Below are positions 1-10,997 of a stretch of 64,000 nt of DNA, piece after piece. This DNA is from Neoechinorhynchus agilis (lineage: Eukaryota; Animalia; Acanthocephala). The first letter of the stretch is position 1. Each line of letters opens with the position of its first letter. The notes beneath the pieces are model-generated. The model did not search any database. It was not told where the DNA came from and worked only from the letters and a program-made list of their open reading frames with translations. The DNA lies in NCBI GenBank assembly GCA_051530055.1, contig CM121342.1:14771480-14835479 (forward strand). The letters are read 5' to 3'. The translations under genes and the position numbers were made by a program.

Positions 1-1100
1 CTGGTATTATAGAAGGAGCTAAGGACGGAAAAGGACGTGGACGTCAAGTTATTGGAGGTGAGTGGAGATTTAGAGTATTTCTTACAGTTTTTGTCTCGAT
101 TTGAACAGTTGCAAGAACATGTAGTCTTATATTCCTAGTCCTTGATGTCATGAAACCACTAACGCATAAACGAATTATTGAAAAGGAACTGGAAGGATAC
201 GGAATTCGGTTAAATAAACAACCACCGAATATATTCTTTAAAAAGAAAGAGAAAGGCGGTGTTAACTTCCAGAGTATGGTATTTTTGTTCTCTTTGGCGG
301 ATTAACTTGTTTATTATTATTGTCTAGGATACCAATTGTACTTTGGACGTGGAAACCGTTAAAAGTGTCCTAGCTGAGTACAAAATTCACAACGCTGATG
401 TTTTTGTGAAATGTAATGCAGAAATCGATGACCTCATTGATGTAGCTAAGAATTCTCGTTGATTTTTGCGCGATCTGTCCCACTTTCGCATTAAATATAG
501 TTATAGTGCTTTTTTAAGTCCGAGCCTCCCAAATGAGAATTGTAAAGCGTAATCGAGGGTAACCGACGATATATCCCTGCTATTTACGTGCTTAATAAAA
601 TCGACCAGATTTCAATAGAGGTTTGCTATAGAAATTTAATTTCTATTTACTTTATCGAAGCAGGAATTGGACATTATATCTAAAATCCCACATTGTGTCC
701 CGATATCGGCGCACAATAAATGGAATTTCGACGACCTTCTTGAACTGATGTGGAAAGATTTAAATCTCGTCAGAGTGTAAAGCTTAAACTTTGTCTATCA
801 TTTCCAAAATTGCATTTCCTTTAGGTACACTAAACCAAAAGGTCAATTGCCCGATTACGGCAATCCCGTGGTTTTAAAAGCGGACGCATGCACGGTTGAG
901 CACTTTTGCAACAAAATCCATCGACAAATGATTAAACAATTCAAATCGTAAGTGGTTCCTCGAGCTGCTGTGATACATTCGAATCGATTTGTTTATTTAG
1001 AGCACTCGTGTGGGGGAATTCTGCTAAGTTTAATCCTCAAAGTGTGGGAAAGGATCACGTTCTTATGGACGAAGATGTAGTTCAAGTTATTAAAAAATGA
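1..1100 (+). CDS. DRG1: Developmentally regulated GTP-binding protein 1, multi-exon, 5' end outside window
   Basis: Spliced translation [19 protein letters not shown]|[42 protein letters not shown]...YKIHNADV...[29 protein letters not shown]|ELD...[11 protein letters not shown]...[14 protein letters not shown] (TGA 1098-1100) matches known DRG1 motifs. GT-AG introns e.g. 58-108 and 279-327. One anomalous junction at 442-548. Confidence 0.93.
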
Positions 1101-1309
1101 TCTTTCAAAAACGAAATGTCTGTTGATAGTTTCGAGGCTAATTTAATAAGACTGAACCAATTGAAATATTCAAATATTAACAGAGGATTATATTTTGTTA
1201 GTTATGTTAATTCTGGTATTCTCTCTCAAAGAAGCCATAAAGAACCATTTGTAAGATTAGGACACATTTTTAAAAACAAAAACGAATTAAAAATTTTATT
1301 GCCTAAAAA

Positions 1310-2196
1310 TTAATGCGATTTTCCCCATGGAACGTCCTTCAAAATATTCGCAACAACTGCATCCACTGGGTCGCAATAACGGTCGTTTTCATTTCCTCTA
1401 GCCGAACACTCGTCCTTCAATCTACTTTCCGTCCTTTCTTTGTTCTCCGATACGACTTGACATTTGCACACTATACTTGGTGCCGCGAATCGATCCATCG
1501 GATTATCCAGTTGAAATTTACGCTTAGGAACGTGCCACAGAACAGACCATCGGTTTTGTCGGACATTCGCCTTTTCCTTTAATCCTTTCTGTCTAGCAGT
1601 TCGATTAATTGTATGATCTCGGATTATTAACGGAATCACGAACACCACACAAAGTACGTAAAGAAATAGCGAAAATGCAGGTTTTACTTCCGAAAGAGTT
1701 TCTTCGATTTCTGTACAAGAAACGGACATGACCGCATCATTGTTTCCTAGATCGACAGTGCCATTTGGTGATTTAGTCAGCAGCATAAGGCACAATCGAT
1801 AATTATCGAGATTCTGACAAGAAAGATGATTACTAAATCGAAATGTTGACGCGTAATTCTCCATTACTTGTATTTTTATATTTTTGACCTCTAAATCCTG
1901 GTAATACACCACCATTCCTAGATTATCGGTTGTGTTGGCTATCGCAGGCGGCAAATATACATTGCAAATAATGTCCTTGATTCCATCAAATCAATCGGTC
2001 TTCATTTTTTATCAAGACCGATTGCCTTATGAAAACAGCAGGTCAAACTCACTTTCAAATCTGCGTCACTCGGAATTTCCTTTGGTGCTTCTGTTACATC
2101 GACAATCTTCGTTCTGTTACCTTTCTCCATACTGAGTGCTGATAATTGAACTGGAAAAATAAGTACAATGATTATTGTAAGCGATGTTAGTTTCAT
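1310..2196 (-). CDS. Uncharacterised single-pass membrane protein (signal peptide, ectodomain, TM, tail), probably 2 exons
   Basis: ATG at 2196 gives MKLTSLTIIIVLIFPVQLSA (signal-like), followed by a GTGAGT donor after ...DADLK. The 214-aa ORF 1310-1954 has a hydrophobic segment AFSLFLYVLCVVFVIPLII. No family recognised; the splice acceptor is inferred. Confidence 0.55.
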
Positions 2197-2399
2197 TGCT
2201 TTGGTTTGGGGATTTTGCACAAAGAACGATGTGTACACGGTCGACTCCTCCAAGGTGAGTTTTCTAAGAGATACATAAGCGTTGAGGATTTTGTTGAAAT
2301 GTTTTATTGTTCATTTTCGATTTTAAGCTCAAGATTAGTCTTCTTTGTGCGAATTCTTTATCGATTGTCTGAAGCAACGGAGCTGCTGTAGAGTCTAAA

Positions 2400-3060
2400 A
2401 TCCGAAAGCTCAAATGCTGTAGCGATTGATGTCACTGCTATTTGTTAGCAAGATTCTAGTTGGCCCTCTCCTTAACTTCTAACGAAATCACACACATAAA
2501 AGATTTCTGCAACAATCACAAACTCCAGTTGAACATCTCTAAATGTTTCAAGGTGATCCTTCATTCTCCCGCAACTCCGTATCCTACCCAGAGCTTCTAA
2601 ATGACATCCGGCGAAATACCTCCCTCAGAATTCTGGGTCTCCAATTTCAATCAAACTTGAAATGGGACTCGCATATCACTCTTTCCCATCAAACGCAATA
2701 CCTTTAAAATTTATATCCACAAACGCCTCCGACATTTAGGAATCCTTTCGCCCGACCCCTACAAATTCTACTTCTGCTTTATCTTACCATCCCTCAACTA
2801 CGGTTACCCCGTCAAATCGCTAATCCGCCGTCTTGAAATTCCGCACAAAAGAGCATCTAAAATTTGCACAACTTACTTTCCCCCCTCACCGAATGCCTTG
2901 ATGCTATTTTCATAAAACAATCAAAACGCCTCTCAACCCTACCACCACAATTTTTACCACATATCGCCCCCCCCCTGCACAATACTCGTAATCCTAATTC
3001 GTTTCATCCTTCCTTGACTTCGCACCTCCCCAATGTCCAATCTTCTAGGATATCGTAAAC
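2400..3060 (+). mobile_element. Degenerate non-LTR retrotransposon (CR1/L2/jockey-like) RT C-terminal fragment
   Basis: Interrupted frames encode IKDFCNNHKLQLNISKC, ILGLQFQSNLKWDSHI, FILPSLNYGYPV and LEIPHKRASK, the typical post-RT motifs of LINEs. Stops and frameshifts present. Confidence 0.7.
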
Positions 3061-3361
3061 TGAAATGAATTGAAGGAAAGACCGACCTCACAAGCTCTCC
3101 TGCAAACAATATTCGACAATCTCCATCAGAACGGACATCCCCCGACCGGATATTCTCAAACGAACGGACATCACCCTACAAGATAGTCCCACCTGGCCGA
3201 ACCCATAATCCACTCAAAAATCAACAAGCGCATGTTTTTAAGAACCCAAAGGTACATGGGTCTAATTTCTTAAGCAACAAATAAACGGGTTATTATTATA
3301 AGGTCTCGAAATCATTAGCTACAATAGAGGGTTTAATCAAAGCTCCAATACTGAAATAAAG

Positions 3362-3536
3362 GCCCGGATTTTATTTGTCATTAAAATCGATTTTCGGAAT
3401 GATATTTATTTCAAAATTTATCTGTAGCACATTGCAGGGGTCTGAATGTCTGCACCTTGAAAAAAATTATTCATTTTTTATCGAAGCCAAAACGATCAAT
3501 GATAAAAACTTGTTGAAACCCGGATAAAATCCGAGC
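3362..3536. repeat. Imperfect inverted repeat, MITE-like
   Basis: gcccggattttat (3362-3374) vs ataaaatccgagc (3524-3536), 12/13 complementary, with weaker inner pairing. Confidence 0.45.
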
Positions 3537-4009
3537 AACTGAAGTCTAACAGTCATTATATCATGTTTTAGTTTAAATCGATTTTTTTGAAAACGTTCGT
3601 GATCAATGGTTTTAAAATAAACTGCAATTTGTCAAAAAACTTGTTTGGTTGATCGAATATTTTGACCGCTTTATGTTCAAAATAAAGCTTATATTGATCG
3701 ATGATATTTTTTCAACTTTAGCAAGGATCAATTTCTTAAATCATTTAGCCGCCAGAATCAACAACCTTAATCATCTTTACCATGATGCCGATGCCATTCA
3801 AAGCGAATCAATAAGTACGGTGCAGGGAGTGAAGCGCCTGGATCATGAGTGGCAACGCTTTGGGTTTTTTGCAATATATATAGCTAAATACATTTCAAAC
3901 CAAATTCCTCATATGGTTTAATAGCTCGAAATAAATTAACATTGTTTAATAACCATGCATTTCTAATACGTTTTTTTTGTAAATATCAGAAAATTAAACA
4001 TAAAACTTT

Positions 4010-4295
4010 ATTGTACGTTGGCTAATCCGGTCCCCGGTGTTATCGATACTACTTTATTTATTTGGTAAATATTTCGCAAGGTTTTCCTTGCCTCTTTAGT
4101 CGCTATCTAAAATGGAGACAATATAAACAGCATGCACAGCCGGTCATTTCTGGATGTAGCTCAGATCTGCGGGGCTGTTCATATCGTCTCCATTATAGAT
4201 AGCGACTGAGTAGGCAAAGAAAACCTTGCGAAATATTTCTCAAATAAATAAAGGAGTAACGACAACACCAGGGACGGGATTCGCCAACGTACAAT
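4010..4295. repeat. Long foldback: about 120-bp inverted arms, 42-nt spacer
   Basis: 4010-4131 aligns to the reverse complement of 4174-4295 with about 15 mismatches (manual alignment). Confidence 0.9.
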
Positions 4296-5623
4296 CAAAT
4301 TTACCCTGAGGACAATGATATATGACAATAAAACTTTATTCATATTTGTAACATCCCTTCCTCGGCTTTTTAGTTTTTGCTTCTTGGCATGAAGCCACAC
4401 CGATCTCTTACATCAGAGAAGTGATTGAATTACTTAGACTCATATGTATGTGGTAATGAGTCTGTACATCCCTCAGGATTCTCAGATACCCCCGGAGGGG
4501 GCGGAACTTACCATAGCGACATTTCATCACCTCTCTAAAGTAAGAAGAGATCGGTGTGACTTCATGCCAAGAAGGAAAACTAAAAAAACAGAGGAAGGGA
4601 TGTCTTAAATACGAATCAATAGAACCGACTTGCGGGTAAAAAAGATTTAATAAATCGTTTTGTTGAGCGGTAACAACCAGAAACAAAAATCAATGGTCGT
4701 ATAGAGTTTTTGGGTTGATGTTCCGTTCTCTGTCAGTTACCAGTGGCCAGTTAACGAATTGACAAATCCGATATAAGAAAATGATGTTCCATAGGATCGT
4801 GAAACTACACAAAATGCGGAAAAAATGAATTTGCAATCGAATTTTTTTTAATCACATTTCCTAAGTTGGATGCTAATTCCGAAGAAAAGAAAATCATAGT
4901 AATTTCTTGCTAAAGTTTCTATCATATCAAAATTAGCAACTAATTATTTCTACAAAAAGACCGTTATTCTCAAGGAATATTGCTCAATATTTTTGATTCT
5001 ACAAATGAAAATCCTTTGTGTGTTTATTGTTTTGAAATACTGAACTTAGAACATTGCTCCCAGTACTCGAACGTAAAAATTTAGGTTGTGCAATGCCGAC
5101 TAATCCATCTGCGTTTAGTACGACGTAGCTTCTTTAAAAACGTTCGATTTAATAATAATTTAATACAGACATGTGTGATCCTGATCTAATCTAATTTTTG
5201 CAACCATTTGTTCATCTTGTTGACTAATCCAACTTTTTCTGGTTGCTCGAGAAATGGTGTATTTTGTAGTAGGACCTCACCGAATGTATACCGCTGTTCG
5301 TGTAGACGACCGCGACTAAAAAGATTAGGGCTGAAATAAGTCAATTTTCCAAATTTGGAATTGCTTTTTAAAAATTCCGTTATAGTTTCAACGCAGAAAG
5401 TGAGATCGCTTCTTTGTGCAATTGTTCAAGTTTTCCAAAAACAAAAACAGTGACCAAGTATTCAAGTGCTCAAAGGCCGAGTTTGAAGCATCGATGGAAT
5501 GGTTTCCGCTCTACTCGTTTCTCCGAACGCGAATATGAATTTAGAAAATGCACTTCTATCGAACCCATGCCCAAAAAACTCTCAAAGAAGCATTAAAGGT
5601 TAAAACTTCACTGGCATTAACGA

Positions 5624-5929
5624 TTAGTCGTATTTTGCTCCGGGTCTTCCTCTGAATCTATATCTCATGTCCAACTAAGGATTTTTCCATAATCAATCGG
5701 CTTTAAAAGTTATACTCACCATTCCACGTTTACACTGGAAAAAAGCGTCGAGGAGACGAAAGCAAAAGTCGGGGACATGGTCTCGCATAGCGACATCGCG
5801 GATACAATCCCGTGGAAGTCTATGGTGAACTTTAACGCAATCAGAATCCATAAGGCACTTCTTTAAGTCAACGCGAAGTTGATGACAAGCAATCGGAAAG
5901 CCCAATGGGCTTTTATCTTCCAGTCCCAT
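5624..5929 (-). CDS. COA5: Cytochrome c oxidase assembly factor 5 (PET191 family), 2 exons
   Basis: Cys pattern ACHQLRVDLKKCLMDSDCV...DC...C..LLDAFFQCKRGM, then GTGAGT intron, then LDMRYRFRGRPGAKYD* (stop 5624-5626), matching the PET191 C-terminal LD.R.RFRG motif. Confidence 0.9.
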
Positions 5930-6209
5930 TGATTTGCCCTTTGAACCTTTGAGAATGGCTCATAACGGTGTTTCTAATTTCTTTCTGCATTGCTCTTAGA
6001 CTATTGATTAGAAAGCATGTTCATCAATGAATTTTAACCAGCTACTTTCATGATTGAAATCAATGGATAGTGTTCTTTGAACGCTTGAAATCGAACGAAC
6101 GATCGGTAAAGTGATACTTAGCATTAGAGAATATTCAAACAATTAAGCATGTGGAAGTGAGGAAAAATTATATATCAAAGAATCACTTTAAGAACTTGCG
6201 AAACAATAA

Positions 6210-6251
6210 TTGACTGAAGAAGTCCAATGTGATTGAACGAAATTATTTCAA
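6210..6251 (+). ncRNA. Minimal type I hammerhead ribozyme motif (family B-like)
   Basis: UUGA-CUGAAGA-A-GUCCAAU(gug)AUUGAAC-GAAA-UUAUU-UCAA: core boxes present, stem I UUGA/UCAA, stem II with one mismatch, predicted cleavage after AUU (6247). Confidence 0.55.
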
Positions 6252-6269
6252 AGATTCACAAATCCTTTA

Positions 6270-6963
6270 ACGATCTTCTCGACGAGGTTCCCAAGTTCGT
6301 CTTGCTGCGTGTTCTACAAAGCAATCGGGAGCCTGGCTAAATGCTCTCCTCGCCCCGACAATCGGAACTCTTCTAGATGATTCCACGTTAAGGGTCGCAG
6401 TTTCTTTAAGATTGGGCCAGGATATTTGTATCCTGCAACGCTGTCGCTGCAGCTCTATAGTTGACGCTAATGGCAGACACTGCCTCTGTTGTAAAATGTC
6501 CAGAGGGAGGTTTCCAGGACACGTAGAGTTGAACTAAATTTTGAGTAGAGCCCTTTATTCCGTTCACGTGCCCAATATTCTAGAGTCGAGCAATTTATGC
6601 CGCCTAGACAGCAAGCGACCTGACGGTGTCACGGTTTTTCCATGGCGGGAGTGAAAACCGCTTTTGTGGGATGCGATTTGTGTGGACACGCTTGCCCCCA
6701 GTAATTTTCCCTTTTCTAAAAAGAGCCCTGGAGGTTCAGCGGTCGTAGCTGAGGTCCGAAAACGTACAAAATATAAAGAGCTCCTAAGCAATTACCATTT
6801 CCTCCCTTTTGCCGTGGAAACGCATGGAGCCTTGGGACCGTCAGCGCTCACTTTCCTCGACGAATTGGGACGAAAAGAATGACGGGGAAACCGCGCTCGA
6901 GAAATTTCCTCGCTCAACGAACGCTGCCAATATACTGGCAACGTCGGGATGTTTACAAGAATG
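6270..6963 (+). mobile_element. 3' fragment of a CRE-like non-LTR retrotransposon with restriction-like endonuclease, degenerate
   Basis: Encodes SGAWLNA...LRVAVSLRLG...C.C...H..CC, KRPDGVTVFPW, LWDAICVDTLAPS, AEVRKRTKY, FLPFAVETHGALG and NAANILAT, the Zn-finger plus PD-(D/E)xK endonuclease region of RLE elements. In-frame stops present. Confidence 0.8.
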
Positions 6964-7388
6964 AAAAATGAAATAGTAAAATAATCGACCTTTAAAGTCC
7001 AAAAAAAATTAAAATGATTCTTGGATATATAATTTTTCCCCACTTCCACACACTCATGGATTTTATCTTTAACTAAACAATTATGCGTTCATGTCGTGCA
7101 ATGAACTTTGAATCATGATCTTGAAAAAAATATTTCCAATAAAATGGAATAGCAATCAACTAAGTCTACCATGAAAATAATGAGCTCTTCTTGAATCGAC
7201 GTTAAATAATAATTAACTGACACTAACAAAATTCCTACCTTGTTTATATTAATGATATTTATGAGTTATTGCTCTACGTTTTTTCATTACTGCCCTTTGC
7301 CAAAATTTATGATTCCATACAAGATAACACTACGTGCTCAACTAAAGTATCTATTATTCTAAACTAAAGCTAATTCAAATCTAATGAA

Positions 7389-8253
7389 TCAATTTTCCTG
7401 TTTCCAAAATCCCTTTCCTCGTCCTTGTGTGAAAATGATTTCCTGTCCTTTGCAAACTGCAATCCCCTTAGTCAGATTGAATTTCCACCAGCCGCTTGAA
7501 CGATTCAACTTATTGACTTCAGCGATAATGTAATTTCTGCAACGTGAATCTTTTGTCGTCTCGGTCAATTCACTTTCCGAAGTTTCATCATCGTCGTTTG
7601 AATTGAGAGGCTCCGGATCCTCCACTGGAGATTCAAGAGGCGGATCCTCACTGATTATCTCATCCAAGTTTACTCCCATGCTTCCATATTGTCCAAGACG
7701 TAATGATATCTGATTTTTTGTTACCTTCTTCATACTGTTGGAGCTTGAATCGCTATCATCACTTTCAGGAAAGCGATGGCGGTTATCGGTAGAATCTTCG
7801 CTGTCTTCATCCGAAATTCCACAAAACGCATTTTGACCTACAATCGTCATTCTAAGTTTCTTACCCATTGACGATTTGCGTTTATTATTCTCAATCACAG
7901 GTTTAATATAACCAGGCTCAAATTCACATTCTAATTCCGAAGCAACTCTGTATTGTTCCCAAGTCTATAAATCGTAGAAAAAATCGTTTCAAACGCTCAA
8001 CATAAATGGATAGCTAACCTTCTGAACACGATCAAATATAGACTGGTTTAGGCCTCTTTTCCTAAACTGCCGGATCAGTCGACAAAGCGTCTTAGAAACC
8101 ACGAGTCCGTTCAATTTGCGCTAAAGTATTACGAATTAAGGTGGATTGGTTCAATTGCGACTTAATGAATTCCATTACCAGCTCATCGCTATCGAAGGAA
8201 CAATCCGGTTCGTATGGAAAGTCATGGATACCCAAGCTTGCAATTGGTTTCAT
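7389..8253 (-). CDS. GTF2A1: Divergent transcription initiation factor IIA large subunit (alpha/beta), about 3 exons
   Basis: C-terminus EPLNSNDDD...NYIIAEVNKLNRSSGWWKFNLTKGIAVCKGQEIIFTQGRGKGFW matches the TFIIA beta-sheet pattern (PLNS.DD...V....K..R....WKF.L..G.......F......W). Upstream exons give RKLNGLVVSKTLCRLIRQFRKRGLNQSIFDRVQK|TWEQ, resembling the N-terminal helices. Start codon uncertain. Confidence 0.7.
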
Positions 8254-8530
8254 TGATGTTATAGACTAAAAAGGAATCGTGTGCGCTAAAATCGAAACTA
8301 GTTAGAAAGGAGTCTTTTTTAACATTTAAACTCCGTTACGTTCCGAATAAGTTACTTTGGATTTGAGCATACATTTTTCATCAATCGCTTCAAATTGTTG
8401 ACCGATTGCCGAAAGATGTTTTTATAAACACTCATACATGACAACTATATAGACAACCAAAAACTCTTTGATAATGTTTTAATTCATTAAAGTTTACACC
8501 AATGAGACGACATTCGCTGTTTTAATCTGG

Positions 8531-8650
8531 ATCGATATGTGAGGAGGTACCGGGAAGTATATGATTAGAGAATTATTGTTTAAAAGTCTTCATTCGGTAA
8601 ATAATTTTTTCGATTAAAAGCGTTCTGCGAACCCGACGAGGTTCACATAA
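8531..8650 (-). repeat. Degenerate copy of hammerhead-bearing repeat family A
   Basis: Shares tcgatatgtgaggagg...ttagagaattattgttt...cgattaaa with the 15662-15846 copy; catalytic core mutated. Confidence 0.7.
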
Positions 8651-8889
8651 TGTTTTTAATACTATTTATCCATGTTCTGACTTGCCCCTCTGTTCAATGG
8701 TCTTAGGAATGATCTTATGCGGCGCACTCTAAAATATGGTTATCTTGTTGATTTGAGTTTGAATTAACAATTCTAACTTTTGGTTTTTCGTCATGTATGG
8801 ATGATATGTGGAACCTATCCTACTAAGTTTAAATCTTAAGTTTTCTAACATTGTTGAGCACACTACTTAGCACGCCATTAATTCCAATG

Positions 8890-8990
8890 TAAAGAAGTTG
8901 TTCATTTATATATGTGTTCTTTGGTGATGAGAACAATAGATATTGATTTATTGTTCTCAATATTTCGTCCGTCGGACTTCTTCAGGTTGC
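8890..8990 (-). ncRNA. Hammerhead-like motif, family B (Penelope pLTR-like repeat)
   Basis: Minus strand CUGAAGA-A-GUCC(gac)GGAC-GAAAUAUU, followed by hairpin UGAGAACAAUA...UAUUGUUCUCA and the family tail tgaacaacttctttaca. Stem I poorly paired. Confidence 0.6.
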
Positions 8991-9512
8991 TTGTAATTTT
9001 TTCTTAATTGTTCCAATGTGCACTTAAATATCTCAAGGCTTTCGGCATCGAAACCTATTTACAAGGAGTGATTGGAGTTTTTGAGCACAACACTTTAACA
9101 GTTTCAATTCATAAACCGAATAATTGCTATTTATGAATCCTTTTATTTAATGAAGGGTCTGATGAAAATGACCTCCTTATTTGTACGAACCGAACTTTGT
9201 AAATGATTTTTGTTAGTGTGAATTTAAAAATGGTAGCTAACGAAATGATGATGAAGAACGCCTGATTATTTGTTTGAAAAGTCCATTGTTTTCAGAATCT
9301 TCATTGCTAATAAACAGGTTAGTGATCTATCACTTTGTCAGAAATCATAAAACAAATAGCCTCTTCTGAAACTTATGTATAAAAATAAGGGGAGCAAATG
9401 AAAAAATCAGCACACGAAGCGTTTTTTGTCTTCGAGATCGCATTTAAAACTTTCGGTTTCTATAAATGCCATCTCCAAATTAATTTACGAATTTTTTTCT
9501 CAAGCTTTATTC

Positions 9513-10997
9513 TTACTTCAGCTGTTCTAGAGGTTCTCGCTCAATTGGTAAAGTCATGCAATGCGGACCTCCTCTTGCCCTCGATATTTCTGACGATGGA
9601 AGCACAATCACAGTGCGTTCAATTTCATTTGGTTTTAGACCTTCATCGAATCGTGTAAGTAATTCGGCTGCATGTAAGGCTTTGAACCCACGTTTTTTGA
9701 AAGCTTCAATGGTTTTTCGGTTCCGGTCGTACATGAAAATTACTCCTTCTTTGACAGCAAAAGTGTTGCAACCGTCGGTCCACTGTTCGCGCCAATTGTC
9801 TGGGAATTCGTCGTCGGCACAAAATACTACATCGAAATTTTTGCTCTTCAAATCATCCTGACTAACACTTTTTAAAAGATCAAAAATATAATCGAACCCA
9901 CGCATTTGCACCGTCCCAGTTTTTGGATCGATAAAATGTTGTTCGGCTTTAAAAGGCAGCTTAGTTAGTACTTCAGGATAATGTGCCGAATGAGTTCGGG
10001 TTCTACCGGTCCTCGGATTTCCGTTAATCGTAACATCGTTGCCGTTTCTGACTAGTTCCCGATTGGCCAACGGGCCGAATATGATCCAAAGACCGCGTTC
10101 AGCTTGAGTCAGTAGCGTGTCGAGGTGCATACAGTACCGGCTTTTTGGAAGGAAGATAAGCGACACTTTCTCCACAACTTCACGTTCAAATAACTCTCGT
10201 ACGATTGAACGTGCGGCTGCGAGAGTAGTTCGTTCGCTTATTCCAATTAAGAGATGATTCGGTGCAACCATCATAAAATCGCCTCCTTCCATTGTGATTT
10301 GTTCCTCGACCTCATCGGTGCCTTCCGATAAAAATGAATTGGCTTGTTCGGTCCATATAACTTTATCCCGCTGTTTTTCAAAAAACGGATGATGCTTAAC
10401 AATAAAATGAAAGATCACAGTTTCCCGCCTTCGTGCCAATTTAGCTGGTTGACAGATTATAATGTGATCGTTAACGAAAACAGCAATGTCTCTGACCATA
10501 ATAAGGTTTGGAATCGGTCTGAACAATATTTCTCCATCTCGCGAACAACCACTGAGGAGAGTTCGAGCGAGTTGCCTGTCTGAATAAACGTTTAAGAAGT
10601 CGTCGTACAATGTATGAGAAATTCCTTCACTTGCCAGAATCCAGTTTAAAAGAGAGACGCGGTTTTCCCGAACTCCAAGAACGTCTTGCAGCAACCAGCC
10701 AACATCTACGAGTTTATCAGAGCGGAAATAGTGTTCGGAGAAAGGATTAGCATAATCCGTTCGGGAACGACCTGCGTCCTGTTCTTGCTTAAGAAATCGG
10801 GCATGGTCCTCGTCCAGAAAAAAGAGGAGGATTCTCGTAAAAAGAGAATATTCCTTATCCCGAGCAGCATTGACGTCTATAATATCCTCAAATAAGCATT
10901 CCTGTGCCTTGAGTGGAATCATCTTTTCGATGCTCTCATCCAATCCGTGGATAAACAATCTTTTGAGCTTGGCTACTTCACTGCTAATGGAAGTCAT
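9513..10997 (-). CDS. arcA: Arginine deiminase, bacterial type, intronless (494 aa from ATG 10997)
   Basis: All ADI motifs present: SSEVAKLKRL..H, PNLIMVRD, ARRRET, EGGD, IGISERT, MHLDT, EQWTDGCN, YDRN and SEISRARGGPHCMTLP with the catalytic Cys. The N-terminal KAQECLFEDII...KEY...LLFFLD block and the insert before SSEISR resemble Bacteroidota ADIs as I recall them. Confidence 0.95.
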   Translation of the reverse strand: MTSISSEVAKLKRLFIHGLDESIEKMIPLKAQECLFEDIIDVNAARDKEYSLFTRILLFFLDEDHARFLKQEQDAGRSRTDYANPFSEHYFRSDKLVDVGWLLQDVLGVRENRVSLLNWILASEGISHTLYDDFLNVYSDRQLARTLLSGCSRDGEILFRPIPNLIMVRDIAVFVNDHIIICQPAKLARRRETVIFHFIVKHHPFFEKQRDKVIWTEQANSFLSEGTDEVEEQITMEGGDFMMVAPNHLLIGISERTTLAAARSIVRELFEREVVEKVSLIFLPKSRYCMHLDTLLTQAERGLWIIFGPLANRELVRNGNDVTINGNPRTGRTRTHSAHYPEVLTKLPFKAEQHFIDPKTGTVQMRGFDYIFDLLKSVSQDDLKSKNFDVVFCADDEFPDNWREQWTDGCNTFAVKEGVIFMYDRNRKTIEAFKKRGFKALHAAELLTRFDEGLKPNEIERTVIVLPSSEISRARGGPHCMTLPIEREPLEQLK

